Assembly (NCBI GenBank): GCA_031373255.1
Contig: JANMMJ010000216.1
Span: forward strand, 183 to 64,182
DNA: 64,000 nt
DNA from: Hyphomicrobiales bacterium
GTDB taxonomy: Bacteria > Pseudomonadota > Alphaproteobacteria > Rhizobiales > Aestuariivirgaceae
Direction of reading: 5' to 3'
Part shown: positions 1-9,502 of the stretch, in pieces
Layout: the number at the start of each line of letters is the position of its first letter
Position numbering within the stretch: the first letter of the stretch is position 1
The notes under the pieces: generated by a model
What the model was told of the DNA's origin: nothing
Seen by the model: the letters and a program-made list of their open reading frames with translations, nothing else
Database searches by the model: none
Position numbers and translations under genes: made by a program

Positions 1-1184
1 TCAACGGCCACATAGCCTTGTGCCTTGGCTTCAGCGATCCAGCGCTCAAGAGAGCCCAATGACATGACGGTTTCGTAGCCGGCATGGCGGAACGGAATAG
101 CACGCAGACTGTCAGCCTCTCCACCATCGCGACGGATTGCAATGCCTGTGGGGGCGGCTGGGCTCGCTCCCCTTGTGACACTGTCTGCCTGTTGCCGCGA
201 TGATGTATCCGAGGACGGGGGTTCGCCACCTTCAGGCGGCCAATACTTCACTTCGACGGGCACGGGATCGATTGCATTGACATCGCAATCAAGCTCGGAG
301 CCAACTTTCCGGGTGAAGCTCGAGAATTCCAGTGCCTTGAGAAAGCCGATGAGATCGGAGGCGCGGGGCTGATCGACGGCAAAGCTGCCGATTTCCTCAA
401 CAATCGGCACACGGTCATCAAGCGTTACAAGGCGCTTCGAGATACGGGCCTGATCTGCAAACTGAATAAGATTTTCCCGTCGCTTCTGCTGCTTGATTTC
501 GGCGGCACGGGTCAGCAGAGTTTCCAGATCGCCATACTCCGAGATCAGCTGGGCTCCCGTCTTGATGCCGATGCCCGGCACGCCCGGCACATTGTCGACT
601 GAGTCACCGGAGAGCGCCTGAACATCAATCACCTTGTCAGGTTTCACGCCAAATTTTTCGAAGACTTCCGGTTCGCCGATCTCCTTGTCCTTCATGGTGT
701 CGTAGAGGGTGACACCGGGGCGGACAAGCTGCATCAGATCTTTGTCGGACGAGACAATGCGGCAGGTCGCTCCCGCCTCCACCGCCTGCCTGGCATAGGT
801 GGCGATTAGGTCGTCAGCCTCATAATTTTCCATCTCGACACAGGCAACATTGAAAGCCCGCGTCGCCTGGCGGATGAGACCGAATTGCGGACGAAGATCG
901 GCCGGCGGCTCAGGCCGGTGCGCCTTGTATTCAGGGTAATAATCATTGCGGAAAGTTTTTGAGGAATAGTCAAAAATGACCGCAAGATGGGTGGGCATGT
1001 AACCCTGATTGGTTTCCTTCAGGAGCTTCCACAGCATGTTGCAGAAACCCTGGACAGCGCCCACCGGAAGGCCGTCGCTTTTACGCGTAAGCGGCGGAAG
1101 TGCATGATAGGCGCGGAAGATATAGCCGGAACCATCAATGAGATAGAGATGGTCGCCACGGTTCAGGGGAGTTGATCTTGACAT
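1..1184 (-). CDS. polA: DNA polymerase I, N-terminal 5'-3' exonuclease region; gene runs off the window start (partial)
   Basis: The minus frame is open from 1184 down to 1 and is absent from the ORF track because it is truncated. ATG at 1184-1182. Translation MSRSTPLNRGDHLYLIDGSGYIFRAYHALPPLTRKSDGLPVGAVQGFCNMLWKL matches the Pol I 5' nuclease N-terminus. Confidence 0.85.
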   Translation of the reverse strand, partial: MSRSTPLNRGDHLYLIDGSGYIFRAYHALPPLTRKSDGLPVGAVQGFCNMLWKLLKETNQGYMPTHLAVIFDYSSKTFRNDYYPEYKAHRPEPPADLRPQFGLIRQATRAFNVACVEMENYEADDLIATYARQAVEAGATCRIVSSDKDLMQLVRPGVTLYDTMKDKEIGEPEVFEKFGVKPDKVIDVQALSGDSVDNVPGVPGIGIKTGAQLISEYGDLETLLTRAAEIKQQKRRENLIQFADQARISKRLVTLDDRVPIVEEIGSFAVDQPRASDLIGFLKALEFSSFTRKVGSELDCDVNAIDPVPVEVKYWPPEGGEPPSSDTSSRQQADSVTRGASPAAPTGIAIRRDGGEADSLRAIPFRHAGYETVMSLGSLERWIAEAKAQGYVAV

Positions 1185-1229
1185 GGGCGGCACTATGCCA
1201 CCCACGCTGCTGCGATGCCAGTGCGCGGC

Positions 1230-2288
1230 TCAGATCATGCGCAGCTTCATGACGGGCTGCTGCCACAGGCGGGCCCATTGCGGCCGCCTGAAAAGCAATG
1301 TCAGGCGCGTCTGGCGTACCGACCAGAATAGCAGGACAGGACCGACGACGGCGACGAATGTGACCACGAGCGAAACAACACCGAGATCAAGCGACGGCGA
1401 GAATTTCAGCAGGAGACTTCGCGACGCGGCCATGAACAGGAAGAAGGCCAGATAGATGACGATCGAGTTTTCGCCGCAATAGCGCACCGGTTCGGCCAGA
1501 CGGAACTTGGCCAGCACCACACCCATTGTCACAACGGCAAGCGCACCGACCGCACCCATGGCAAGACCAACGCCCGGCCATTCGGACCATCCGGCATGCA
1601 CAAAAACAGCATTTGAATAACCCCAAATGAACAAGCCGGCGAGAAGCGCAAGCGCGGACTTGCGGGAGGCGCCCTCGGCATAGGCGAAAACCCGCGCAGC
1701 CAGCCAGTAACCGGCATAGAAATAGACAAACCGGCTGGCAAATTCATCGACAAGGAGCCAGCCGGTATGGACAGGCGCCATTTCGAGGACCGCAGCGGCG
1801 GCAATGACGAGAACCGGCGAGATATTGCGCAATGCCTTAACGACGACAAAGAACACCGCCAGCATGTAAATGAACCAGAGTGTTCCATAGGGCTGAACGA
1901 AGCCCAAGAGATACGCACCGAGTGCGCCGGAGACCCCCTCGGCTTGATAGATGCCATATCCCTTGGTCAGGTATTGAATGGTCATCCATAGCACATAGAA
2001 ATAGGCAAAATGCATGACCTTGCTGTCAAGATAGCTGCGCCAAGGCCGGTCAATACGGCTGGCCAGGAAAAGGCCGGAGATCAGGAAGAAATCAGGCATG
2101 CGGAATGGCCGTGCCCAAGCAATGAAGGGACTGAGCCAGCTCACGTCACCTGCCGCCTTCTCAACACCCAGCGTCGAATGCATCATGACCACCAGGATGA
2201 TGCAGATTCCCTTGGCATAATCGACCCAATCGACGCGGGACGCGGTTCTGACTGACATTGCTGGCGCTCCTGTGCCGGACTGGTACAT
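1230..2288 (-). CDS. acyltransferase family 3 integral membrane protein (OpgC/NodX-like)
   Basis: 352-aa ORF with multiple hydrophobic helices and the N-terminal motif RVDWVDYAKG typical of acyltransferase_3. The true start may be the internal Met (MSVRT) near 2258. Confidence 0.7.
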   Translation of the reverse strand: MYQSGTGAPAMSVRTASRVDWVDYAKGICIILVVMMHSTLGVEKAAGDVSWLSPFIAWARPFRMPDFFLISGLFLASRIDRPWRSYLDSKVMHFAYFYVLWMTIQYLTKGYGIYQAEGVSGALGAYLLGFVQPYGTLWFIYMLAVFFVVVKALRNISPVLVIAAAAVLEMAPVHTGWLLVDEFASRFVYFYAGYWLAARVFAYAEGASRKSALALLAGLFIWGYSNAVFVHAGWSEWPGVGLAMGAVGALAVVTMGVVLAKFRLAEPVRYCGENSIVIYLAFFLFMAASRSLLLKFSPSLDLGVVSLVVTFVAVVGPVLLFWSVRQTRLTLLFRRPQWARLWQQPVMKLRMI

Positions 2289-2336
2289 CCGGACATTGAC
2301 TCAGCCAGCTTGTTGCAAGGAGCCTGCCCAACGCGA

Positions 2337-5300
2337 TCAAGACAAATGCTTTTCGGGCACCGGCATCAACCGCGCCTCAACCGTCCACAGAAAGGCGGCG
2401 TTAACGCCACGGCCGGGATAGATCTCACGCAAGGCGCGCGCGTAAGTGGCGAGCTGCTGGATATAGCGAGGGTTAACACCAGCGAGGCTGGCCGGCGGCT
2501 GGCGCTCGGTCTTGAAATCGAGAAGGTAGATCGCTTCAGACGTGACGGCGAGACGGTCAATTCGCCCCGAGACGTGCGTTTCCGCCTTGCCCAGGAGTGA
2601 AGCAATCGACACCTCGGCAAGGCTGTTCCCGGAAAACCATGGCGCGAAAGTTTCGTCATCCAGCAAGTTCAAGGCCTCTTCGCGAATCTTGGGAATGTCA
2701 TTTGTCTCGGTATGATGCCGGCGCAGAAAGGTCTCTGCGGCGGCGGATCTTCTCGCCGGTTCGATATCGGGAAGAAGCTGCAGGAGCTTGTGGATCAACG
2801 TGCCGCGCTGGAAGCGGCGGACATCCCTGGCGGCGAGCGGGCTCAGGCCTGGTTCATCCATTTGCTTGGGGCCGGGATCGGATGGACGAAGCCAAGGCCT
2901 TTCGTGTGTACCCCGTGCCGGATTGAGTCTTGCCCATGACGGCAGAGGTTTGGCAGCGGTCTCTGTGCGCTGTTCATGCTGCACAGCGGTCAGCGAATCC
3001 CCATCCTGATAGCGCAAGACTCCCGAATCGTCTGGCGTGACATTCAAATTCTGCAGGAGTGCCGCCTGGACCAATGCATACCAGGACTCAGGTTTGAGCT
3101 GGCCACGCAGCACGACACCACCCACGTAGAGTTCGTCCCGGGCGCGAGTGAGTGCCACATAGAGATTGCGGCGATATTCATCGTGCACGCGTTCCAGTGC
3201 CTCTTGTTTCCAGCGGGTGACAGCCGGAGGCTCTATATCGCTTTTGCAACGCCAGAACGGCAGCGGCGATTCATACTCGCCGCGGCCCACCATCAGCAGT
3301 GTCATGTCCTGGCTGGCAAGAGGCAGGTCCGCCGCATCGGGAATGATGACGATGCATGACTCCAAACCTTTGGCCCCATGCACAGTCATGATGCGGACTT
3401 CGCCACCATCCTGCTGCATGTCACGCTTGATCTCGATTGCCTCGGCTTCGAAACGGCTGACGAAACCCTGTAGCGAAGGCGTGTTGGAGATGTCATCTTC
3501 CAGTACGCGCGCGAGGAAGGCGTCAATTGCATCGGCCGCCTCTAACCCCAAACGCGCATAAATTCGCTTGCGTCCGGATGGCTCGCCGTTCAGCAGTACG
3601 TGATTGAAGAACTCATAGGGCGTCATGTCTCTGGCGCGAGAAATCAACGTCTCGAGATAGCCTGCGGCGCGGTTGTGACTGCCGGCCTTAAGGCTTTGCC
3701 ACAGGCTTTGGCTGCCTCGGCCATTGGCAATTTCATACAGACCATCATCATCAAGGGCATCGGGCACCAGCGGGCTCTTCAACACTTCCGCCAGGCTCAG
3801 ATCGTCTTCGGGAAGGATGACAAAACGTGCAAGGGACAAGAGGTCCAGTACGGCAATGTGCTCGCCCAGTTTCAGGCGGTCGGCACCCGCCACCGGCACG
3901 CCCCGCGCGTTAAGTTCAGCGATCAAGGCATCGAACACCAGGTTGCGCTTGCGCACGAGAATGAGGATGTCTTCAGGCCGGACGAGCCGGCCTGTCGCCG
4001 GAATGGTCCGCCTGCCAATCCACGATGCGATCTTCTCCGCCACAGACCTTGCCAGCAAGCGGCGAGGATGGTTGCGCGGTTCGAGATCGACGGGATCGAG
4101 CGGACCGGACTTTTCCGATTTCTCAAACTCAAGAAGCGGCCAGAGCTCGACAATGCCCGGCAGTTCCTTGCGCTGGGCATAGTGCTGTATGGCAACGTCA
4201 ATCGTCTCCTCGAGGCCCTTCCGGGCTGCGGGATCGGCGAAGACCCCATCCACGGCTCTCAGTACGCCGGGTACGCTGCGATAGGAGTCGAAAAGCTCAA
4301 CGCGGTTGAGCTCCTTGCCGATTCCCCTGATTACCGTCTCAAAATGCAGGCGCGACTCGTCAAAGGAGACAGGATCGGCGCCCTGAAAACTGAAGATTGA
4401 TTGCTTGCGGTCGCCAACGACAAAGACCGTGCGGTGAACATCACCGCGCGCACCGCTGCCCGAGAAAGGCTCCTCGGTCAGCGACTTGGCGATATCCCAT
4501 TGAGCCCGGCTGGTGTCCTGCGCCTCATCGACAAGAATATGATCGATGCCACCGTCGAGCTTGTAGAGCACCCAGGGCGCTGCACCGGAGCGCATCAGCA
4601 ATTCACGCGTGCGATCGATCAGATCGGTGAAATCATAGAGACCGCGCTCGCGCTTGAGACGCTCGAAGGTTTGCACAATGCCAGATGCAAGCGTGAGCAG
4701 GTCACGTGTTGCATCGAGCATCGGGAAAAAGGCGAGATGACCAACCAGCGTCACGACCCGCGCCTGCTCCTGCACGATGCAATCGGCAAGATCGCCGCTT
4801 GCCGCGGCAAGGGCCTTTGTGATCAGGCCCGAAACGGCGCGAGGCGGGCCCGATTTTGTAAGATAGCATTCGACCAGACGATCGCGGCGAAGCTGGCTGT
4901 TGGTTGCCTCGAGAATGGCGTTCACAAGTTCGAGATTTTTTGCCTCAGTCTTGGATTTGCTGGCGGCAAATGCCGCCACCATCCGGTGGTAGACCGCCTG
5001 ATCAATCGCCACCAAGTCCGCCAGAAGGGTTTCAGGTGTCGCACCGGTTGGAAGCCCGGCATTGCGCCTCAGTTCAGCAATGCATTTTTCAACCGCCTGG
5101 CTCCCCGAGAGAACGTCAGCGAACTCCAGCCGCCTGGCGAGCAGCTTCTTCACCAGTTCATCAAAGCTGTCGGCCTGCAGGTGCTTGACGATGCCGTCCA
5201 GCGCAATTGCGAAGATGCTGCCGTCCTGCGATTCCGAGAGGAGCTGTTGCCGGGCCTCGGCCAAGGTGGCGGCGGCGAGGATGTCGTCCATCACGGTAAA

Positions 5301-5741
5301 ACCCGGCACGACTCCGGCCTCAACCGGAAACAGCTGAAGCAGGCGCTCGCAGAAGGCGTGAATGGTCTGGATCCTGAGTCCGCCTGGCGATTCAAGTGCG
5401 AGGGTAAAAAGACGGCGGGCCCGGCCAAGATCGGGTGCGGCTTTGCCGCCATGGCCCAACGCAGTCATGTGTTCAAGCAAGTCTTCGTCCGGCATCATGG
5501 TCCAACCGGCCAGCTTCTCAAAGAGGCGATTGGCCATTTCGGCTGCCGCCGCCTTGGTAAAGGTCAGGCAGAGAATGCGCGCAGGCTCGCTGCCTGCGAG
5601 CATCAGGCGTATGACACGGTCGACCAGCACATGGGTCTTGCCCGACCCGGCATTGGCCGTGACCCAAACCGACTCTCCTGGGTCAGACGCGCTGCGCTGG
5701 CTGATGCTCGCCTGAAACACTTCCATCATGAGCGCTCCCAT
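2337..5741 (-). CDS. addA: double-strand break repair helicase AddA (UvrD-like helicase plus C-terminal nuclease)
   Basis: 1134 aa with Walker A GSGKTHVL near the N-terminus and a PD-(D/E)xK-like C-terminus. It lies directly downstream of and overlapping addB, as in alphaproteobacterial addBA operons. Confidence 0.88.
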   Translation of the reverse strand: MGALMMEVFQASISQRSASDPGESVWVTANAGSGKTHVLVDRVIRLMLAGSEPARILCLTFTKAAAAEMANRLFEKLAGWTMMPDEDLLEHMTALGHGGKAAPDLGRARRLFTLALESPGGLRIQTIHAFCERLLQLFPVEAGVVPGFTVMDDILAAATLAEARQQLLSESQDGSIFAIALDGIVKHLQADSFDELVKKLLARRLEFADVLSGSQAVEKCIAELRRNAGLPTGATPETLLADLVAIDQAVYHRMVAAFAASKSKTEAKNLELVNAILEATNSQLRRDRLVECYLTKSGPPRAVSGLITKALAAASGDLADCIVQEQARVVTLVGHLAFFPMLDATRDLLTLASGIVQTFERLKRERGLYDFTDLIDRTRELLMRSGAAPWVLYKLDGGIDHILVDEAQDTSRAQWDIAKSLTEEPFSGSGARGDVHRTVFVVGDRKQSIFSFQGADPVSFDESRLHFETVIRGIGKELNRVELFDSYRSVPGVLRAVDGVFADPAARKGLEETIDVAIQHYAQRKELPGIVELWPLLEFEKSEKSGPLDPVDLEPRNHPRRLLARSVAEKIASWIGRRTIPATGRLVRPEDILILVRKRNLVFDALIAELNARGVPVAGADRLKLGEHIAVLDLLSLARFVILPEDDLSLAEVLKSPLVPDALDDDGLYEIANGRGSQSLWQSLKAGSHNRAAGYLETLISRARDMTPYEFFNHVLLNGEPSGRKRIYARLGLEAADAIDAFLARVLEDDISNTPSLQGFVSRFEAEAIEIKRDMQQDGGEVRIMTVHGAKGLESCIVIIPDAADLPLASQDMTLLMVGRGEYESPLPFWRCKSDIEPPAVTRWKQEALERVHDEYRRNLYVALTRARDELYVGGVVLRGQLKPESWYALVQAALLQNLNVTPDDSGVLRYQDGDSLTAVQHEQRTETAAKPLPSWARLNPARGTHERPWLRPSDPGPKQMDEPGLSPLAARDVRRFQRGTLIHKLLQLLPDIEPARRSAAAETFLRRHHTETNDIPKIREEALNLLDDETFAPWFSGNSLAEVSIASLLGKAETHVSGRIDRLAVTSEAIYLLDFKTERQPPASLAGVNPRYIQQLATYARALREIYPGRGVNAAFLWTVEARLMPVPEKHLS

Positions 5742-8700
5742 TCGGCACGGCGCGACAAATGATCGTAGTCAGATACGTCATTATCGGAGAACGGCATGCG
5801 CAGCGGCATGTAGGCTTCGATCCCAGAAGCGAGATTCTCAAGTTTCGCAACAAGGGTTTCGAGATGCCGATCGGCGAGTGCCGACGCCATATTGACCGCA
5901 ACCGGCTTCAGTTCGCCGGCAGGTTCACCACCCGAAAGTTTGATATAGAGCAGTTCGGAGGCCGGATAGGCTGGAATGTCGCGGAAGCCACTCCGCGCAA
6001 TCATCGCTGCTTCGAGGGTCAATTGTGGCGAATAGCCTTCCTCGACCTGCTTTGGCGAGGGCACCACACCGGTCTTGTAGTCGATGACACGGACTCTCCG
6101 GTTGTGCAGCACATCAATACGGTCGGCGCGGCCGCTCAGCCTGAAGGCTTCACCGGCGACCGACAGGGCGAGCTGACCGCTGCGCTCGGTGATGATTGTC
6201 AAAGCATCGACGCGGAGTATGGTCTCTTCGGCAATGAACCACTTGGCGATACGGCGAAAGCGGGGCCACCAGAAAGCCCGGATATCAGGATCGACAAGAC
6301 GCTCACCAAAGACGCCGCGGCCCATCTCGATCAACCTGGCTTCGGCGTCGGCTGGCAACGCGCCGGGATAGGCCGCGATAAACTGAGCCAGAGCGTCATG
6401 AACGAGGGTGCCGCGTTCACTCGCTTCAGCGCGAGAGGCAAAGCCTTCGAGCGGTTTGAGATCGAGCAGGTGTGCTGCATAGATTGCGTAGGGATCGCGA
6501 TAGAGTTTTTCCACCTGCGAGATGCTGATACCAGCGAGCCTGGCTTTTGGCCGCGGCGCCGGCCGTTTTACCGGCTTGCTGACATCGACCTGATCCAGTT
6601 CGCGCGACCATGCGTGCCAGCTGTTCAGCTTTATGTCCTCCATGCCCGCAGCCTTCCGCAGCATATCAAGACGGAGAAGCCAGCGTGACGGCGTGGCTGG
6701 TGCATCGCCCCTCCGCTTTGACCAGCTTAAAACCACATTGGGCGAACCAAAGGCCTGAATGAAATCGTGTGCGACAAGGCCGATTTCCCGCTCCGGCGAT
6801 TCGAGGCCGAGCTTGTGCCGCATGGGGCGATTGAGCCATGGACCAGTATCAGGCTGCTCCGGCCAAACTGTTTCATTGAGGCCCGCCACGATCATGAGAT
6901 CGGCGCGAATGAGACGGGCTTCGAGCAAGCCAAGAATAGCGAACCTGGCGCCGCCCAGCATCGGTGTGCGAACGCGCGGCCTTGCAATCAGATCGGACAA
7001 CGTTAGGCAGGCACGGCGGAACGTGGTTTCCGGAAAATAGTGACCTTCCTGAAGGATGGCGATGAGGCAGCTTGAGAGACTCTCACCGGCGGCAGATTTC
7101 CATGGATCGGCAGGTGAGACGCACTGCTCGAATACATCGACGATGAATGTCGTGACAATGTCGAGGTTGGTGGCGGCATTGTCAGCAGTCTGGCGGACGA
7201 GCGGCGTCAGTATATGTGCGAGATTGGCGGCATACCGCCTGAGTGCCGCCCAATCATCTTCCGTCATGCGGCGAATGGAGGGATGAGCGAAACGGTCACC
7301 TTCTGTGCGGTCCTTGATATGATCGAAACCGGAGACAAGCTGCGCCAGATTGCCCTGCCATTGACCATGGCGCAGAAACACAAGATCGAAATGCGCGGCC
7401 GCCCACCGTGCGGACTCTGCTTCACCGCCAAAGTTCGTAAGAGGATGGTGAATCAGCGACGCCCAGGAAACGGGATTTTGCGGCCTGCCGGCAAGATCAA
7501 GAAAAAGATAGAACAGCGATCCTTCCAGCGTTCGCGTCAGCGAAGTGCCGGCACTGTCGTCGGCGGCAATGGCCCAACGTGACAATTCTCCTTTGACGCG
7601 AAGCGCCAGCTCGCGGTCCGGAGTGACAAGCGCAACGGTGCGGTCCGGCAGTTCGAGTTCACCTCGAATCCGGAGTGCAATCTGGGCGGCCTCTTCACGG
7701 GGATTTGCAGCCTCCATGGGTTCGACCCCCGTCAGGCCATTGCCGATGCGGTGGCGGTTTGTGGCGATGGTCCGGTACCAGCGATCTGCCGTTGCGGCGG
7801 GACGCATGACTTCGCTGGCGAGCCAGTCGCGATCTTCAGCTTCGGCACGGCGAACAAGGCCAGGCAACAACTCCACATGAGCGGGCAATAGCCCCATGCT
7901 CTTGAGGAGTTGGCGCATGCCGTATTGTGGATGGGCGGGTCCTTGTGCGTTTGATTCCTCGCCCAGCGTTTCCCAGCTCTGTTCGTCCATGAACCTGTCG
8001 AGCCCCGGCAGGACAACGGTACCTTGATCGAGCCGGGCAATGACATTAAGCAACTGCGCCGTTGCCGCGACCGATCCGGTTGAGCCGGCGGCAATAAACG
8101 GGTGTCCGGGCGGATTTGCCTGAAGCCTTTCGGCTTCGCGCGTGATCAGCAGGCTGCGGCGCTTGACAGCGCCAATGAAGCCTTCCCGGTGCAGCCATTG
8201 CGGATAGGTTCTGGTGACGATCTGGAGAAAACCGATGATCGCCTCCCGATGCTGGGCAATCTCGATATCATAGACGGTGCTTGCCAGATCGAATTCCAAG
8301 TTGCGAGATTCGAAATCATCGATGAGCTTCGCCAGTGAACGCGCCAGATTGAGCGCCTGAATGGGAGAAGCCGCGATTTCCTGGGCGAGCCGTTCGGAAG
8401 GCGTGCTGCCTGCCCATTCCTCGATCAAGCGGACCAGCAGGAATTCGCGGGCCAAGCTCGAAATGGCAGGGTCGATTGCCGCTTCATCGGCGGCGGCAAC
8501 AGGCTCATAAATATCGAGGATATCCTCATCAATGTCGCCAATCGGGCGTATGCGGGGCAGGAGCACGGCCTTTCGCCCAGCATTGTCGAGAAAAATCTGC
8601 TGCAGCGCTCTTGCCGCCCGGCGGGTGGGAACGAGGATGGTCCAGCGGGCGAGATCCTCAGGTCCAGGGGCCGGAGTATCCGGTGCAGGAAAGCCGCCGC

Positions 8701-8770
8701 GCAGGATCGCTCGCGCCAACTCGACAAGGAAATTGGCACTGGCGGGAATGTTGAAAACGTGGGGCATCAT
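5726..8770 (-). CDS. addB: double-strand break repair protein AddB
   Basis: 1014-aa ORF overlapping addA by 16 nt. The size, position and C-terminal nuclease-like region fit alphaproteobacterial AddB. Confidence 0.85.
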   Translation of the reverse strand: MMPHVFNIPASANFLVELARAILRGGFPAPDTPAPGPEDLARWTILVPTRRAARALQQIFLDNAGRKAVLLPRIRPIGDIDEDILDIYEPVAAADEAAIDPAISSLAREFLLVRLIEEWAGSTPSERLAQEIAASPIQALNLARSLAKLIDDFESRNLEFDLASTVYDIEIAQHREAIIGFLQIVTRTYPQWLHREGFIGAVKRRSLLITREAERLQANPPGHPFIAAGSTGSVAATAQLLNVIARLDQGTVVLPGLDRFMDEQSWETLGEESNAQGPAHPQYGMRQLLKSMGLLPAHVELLPGLVRRAEAEDRDWLASEVMRPAATADRWYRTIATNRHRIGNGLTGVEPMEAANPREEAAQIALRIRGELELPDRTVALVTPDRELALRVKGELSRWAIAADDSAGTSLTRTLEGSLFYLFLDLAGRPQNPVSWASLIHHPLTNFGGEAESARWAAAHFDLVFLRHGQWQGNLAQLVSGFDHIKDRTEGDRFAHPSIRRMTEDDWAALRRYAANLAHILTPLVRQTADNAATNLDIVTTFIVDVFEQCVSPADPWKSAAGESLSSCLIAILQEGHYFPETTFRRACLTLSDLIARPRVRTPMLGGARFAILGLLEARLIRADLMIVAGLNETVWPEQPDTGPWLNRPMRHKLGLESPEREIGLVAHDFIQAFGSPNVVLSWSKRRGDAPATPSRWLLRLDMLRKAAGMEDIKLNSWHAWSRELDQVDVSKPVKRPAPRPKARLAGISISQVEKLYRDPYAIYAAHLLDLKPLEGFASRAEASERGTLVHDALAQFIAAYPGALPADAEARLIEMGRGVFGERLVDPDIRAFWWPRFRRIAKWFIAEETILRVDALTIITERSGQLALSVAGEAFRLSGRADRIDVLHNRRVRVIDYKTGVVPSPKQVEEGYSPQLTLEAAMIARSGFRDIPAYPASELLYIKLSGGEPAGELKPVAVNMASALADRHLETLVAKLENLASGIEAYMPLRMPFSDNDVSDYDHLSRRAEWERS

Positions 8771-8785
8771 CTGCTTGCGGTCCGG

Positions 8786-9502
8786 CTATGATGACAGGAC
8801 CGCCACTTCCGCCGGCGCAATGGCTTCAGGGGTTCCGACGTGCAGCCAAAGTCCTTCATGCACGAGGCCGAACAGGCGATTTTCCGCGATGGCTTTATTC
8901 CACAATTCATTCATGGAGAACTTGCCCCGAGGTGCACCGAGAAACAAGCGCGGATGCACAAGGTAGCCTCCGGCATAAACCAGGGGTTCGCCGGCCGCCT
9001 CCCTGCGCCGCAGCGCCCGCCCCAATCCATCAAGAATGAAATCACCTGCACCCTCGTAACCCACAGTCCGTGGCAGGGGACATAGCAACAACAGGCAGTC
9101 CATCCGGTCATCGCTCCACGCTTGCTTGAGACGGCCAAGAGCGGGTCGTGCACTATCGATCCAGAAGGAATCGCTGTTGAGCACGAAAAAAGGTGCGTTG
9201 CCGAGCAGTGGCAAAGCCAGAGCCACGCCGCCGCCGGTATCGAGAATTTCGGCACGCTCATCCGATATGTCTATGTGGATACCGGATTGGTGCGCCGACC
9301 AGGTTTCGATCTGCCCTGCGAGATAGTGAACGTTGATGACGGCGTGGGCCACGCCTGCGCGGCGGAGATGGTCAAAAGCATAGCCAATGAGCGGCTTGCC
9401 TGCGACCTCAATCAAGGGTTTGGGACGGGTCAGCGTCAACGGGCGCATGCGAGTGCCAAGGCCAGCAGCAAGGACCATGGCGTGGTCAACAGCGACGCTC
9501 AT
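8786..9502 (-). CDS. murU: nucleotidyltransferase family protein, MurNAc-alpha-1-P uridylyltransferase MurU-like
   Basis: N-terminal MVLAAGLGTRMRPLT..KPL sugar-nucleotidyltransferase motif. Start moved to MSVAVDH (9502), which forms an ATGA overlap with the upstream phosphotransferase stop. Confidence 0.75.
   Translation of the reverse strand: MSVAVDHAMVLAAGLGTRMRPLTLTRPKPLIEVAGKPLIGYAFDHLRRAGVAHAVINVHYLAGQIETWSAHQSGIHIDISDERAEILDTGGGVALALPLLGNAPFFVLNSDSFWIDSARPALGRLKQAWSDDRMDCLLLLCPLPRTVGYEGAGDFILDGLGRALRRREAAGEPLVYAGGYLVHPRLFLGAPRGKFSMNELWNKAIAENRLFGLVHEGLWLHVGTPEAIAPAEVAVLSS

Noticed and set aside
3600-5762. Long plus-strand ORFs (266 aa and 453 aa) antisense to addA
   Set aside because: They have no recognisable domains and are embedded entirely within a well-supported gene on the other strand. 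These are typical stop-codon-poor antisense frames in high-GC DNA. The same applies to 5759..6688 (antisense to addB), 13765..14514 (ahcY), 17643..19118 (rpoN), 24542..25702 (rdgB), 34021..35529 (ABC ATPase), 42151..42840 (choV), 51287..52030 and 62790..63338.
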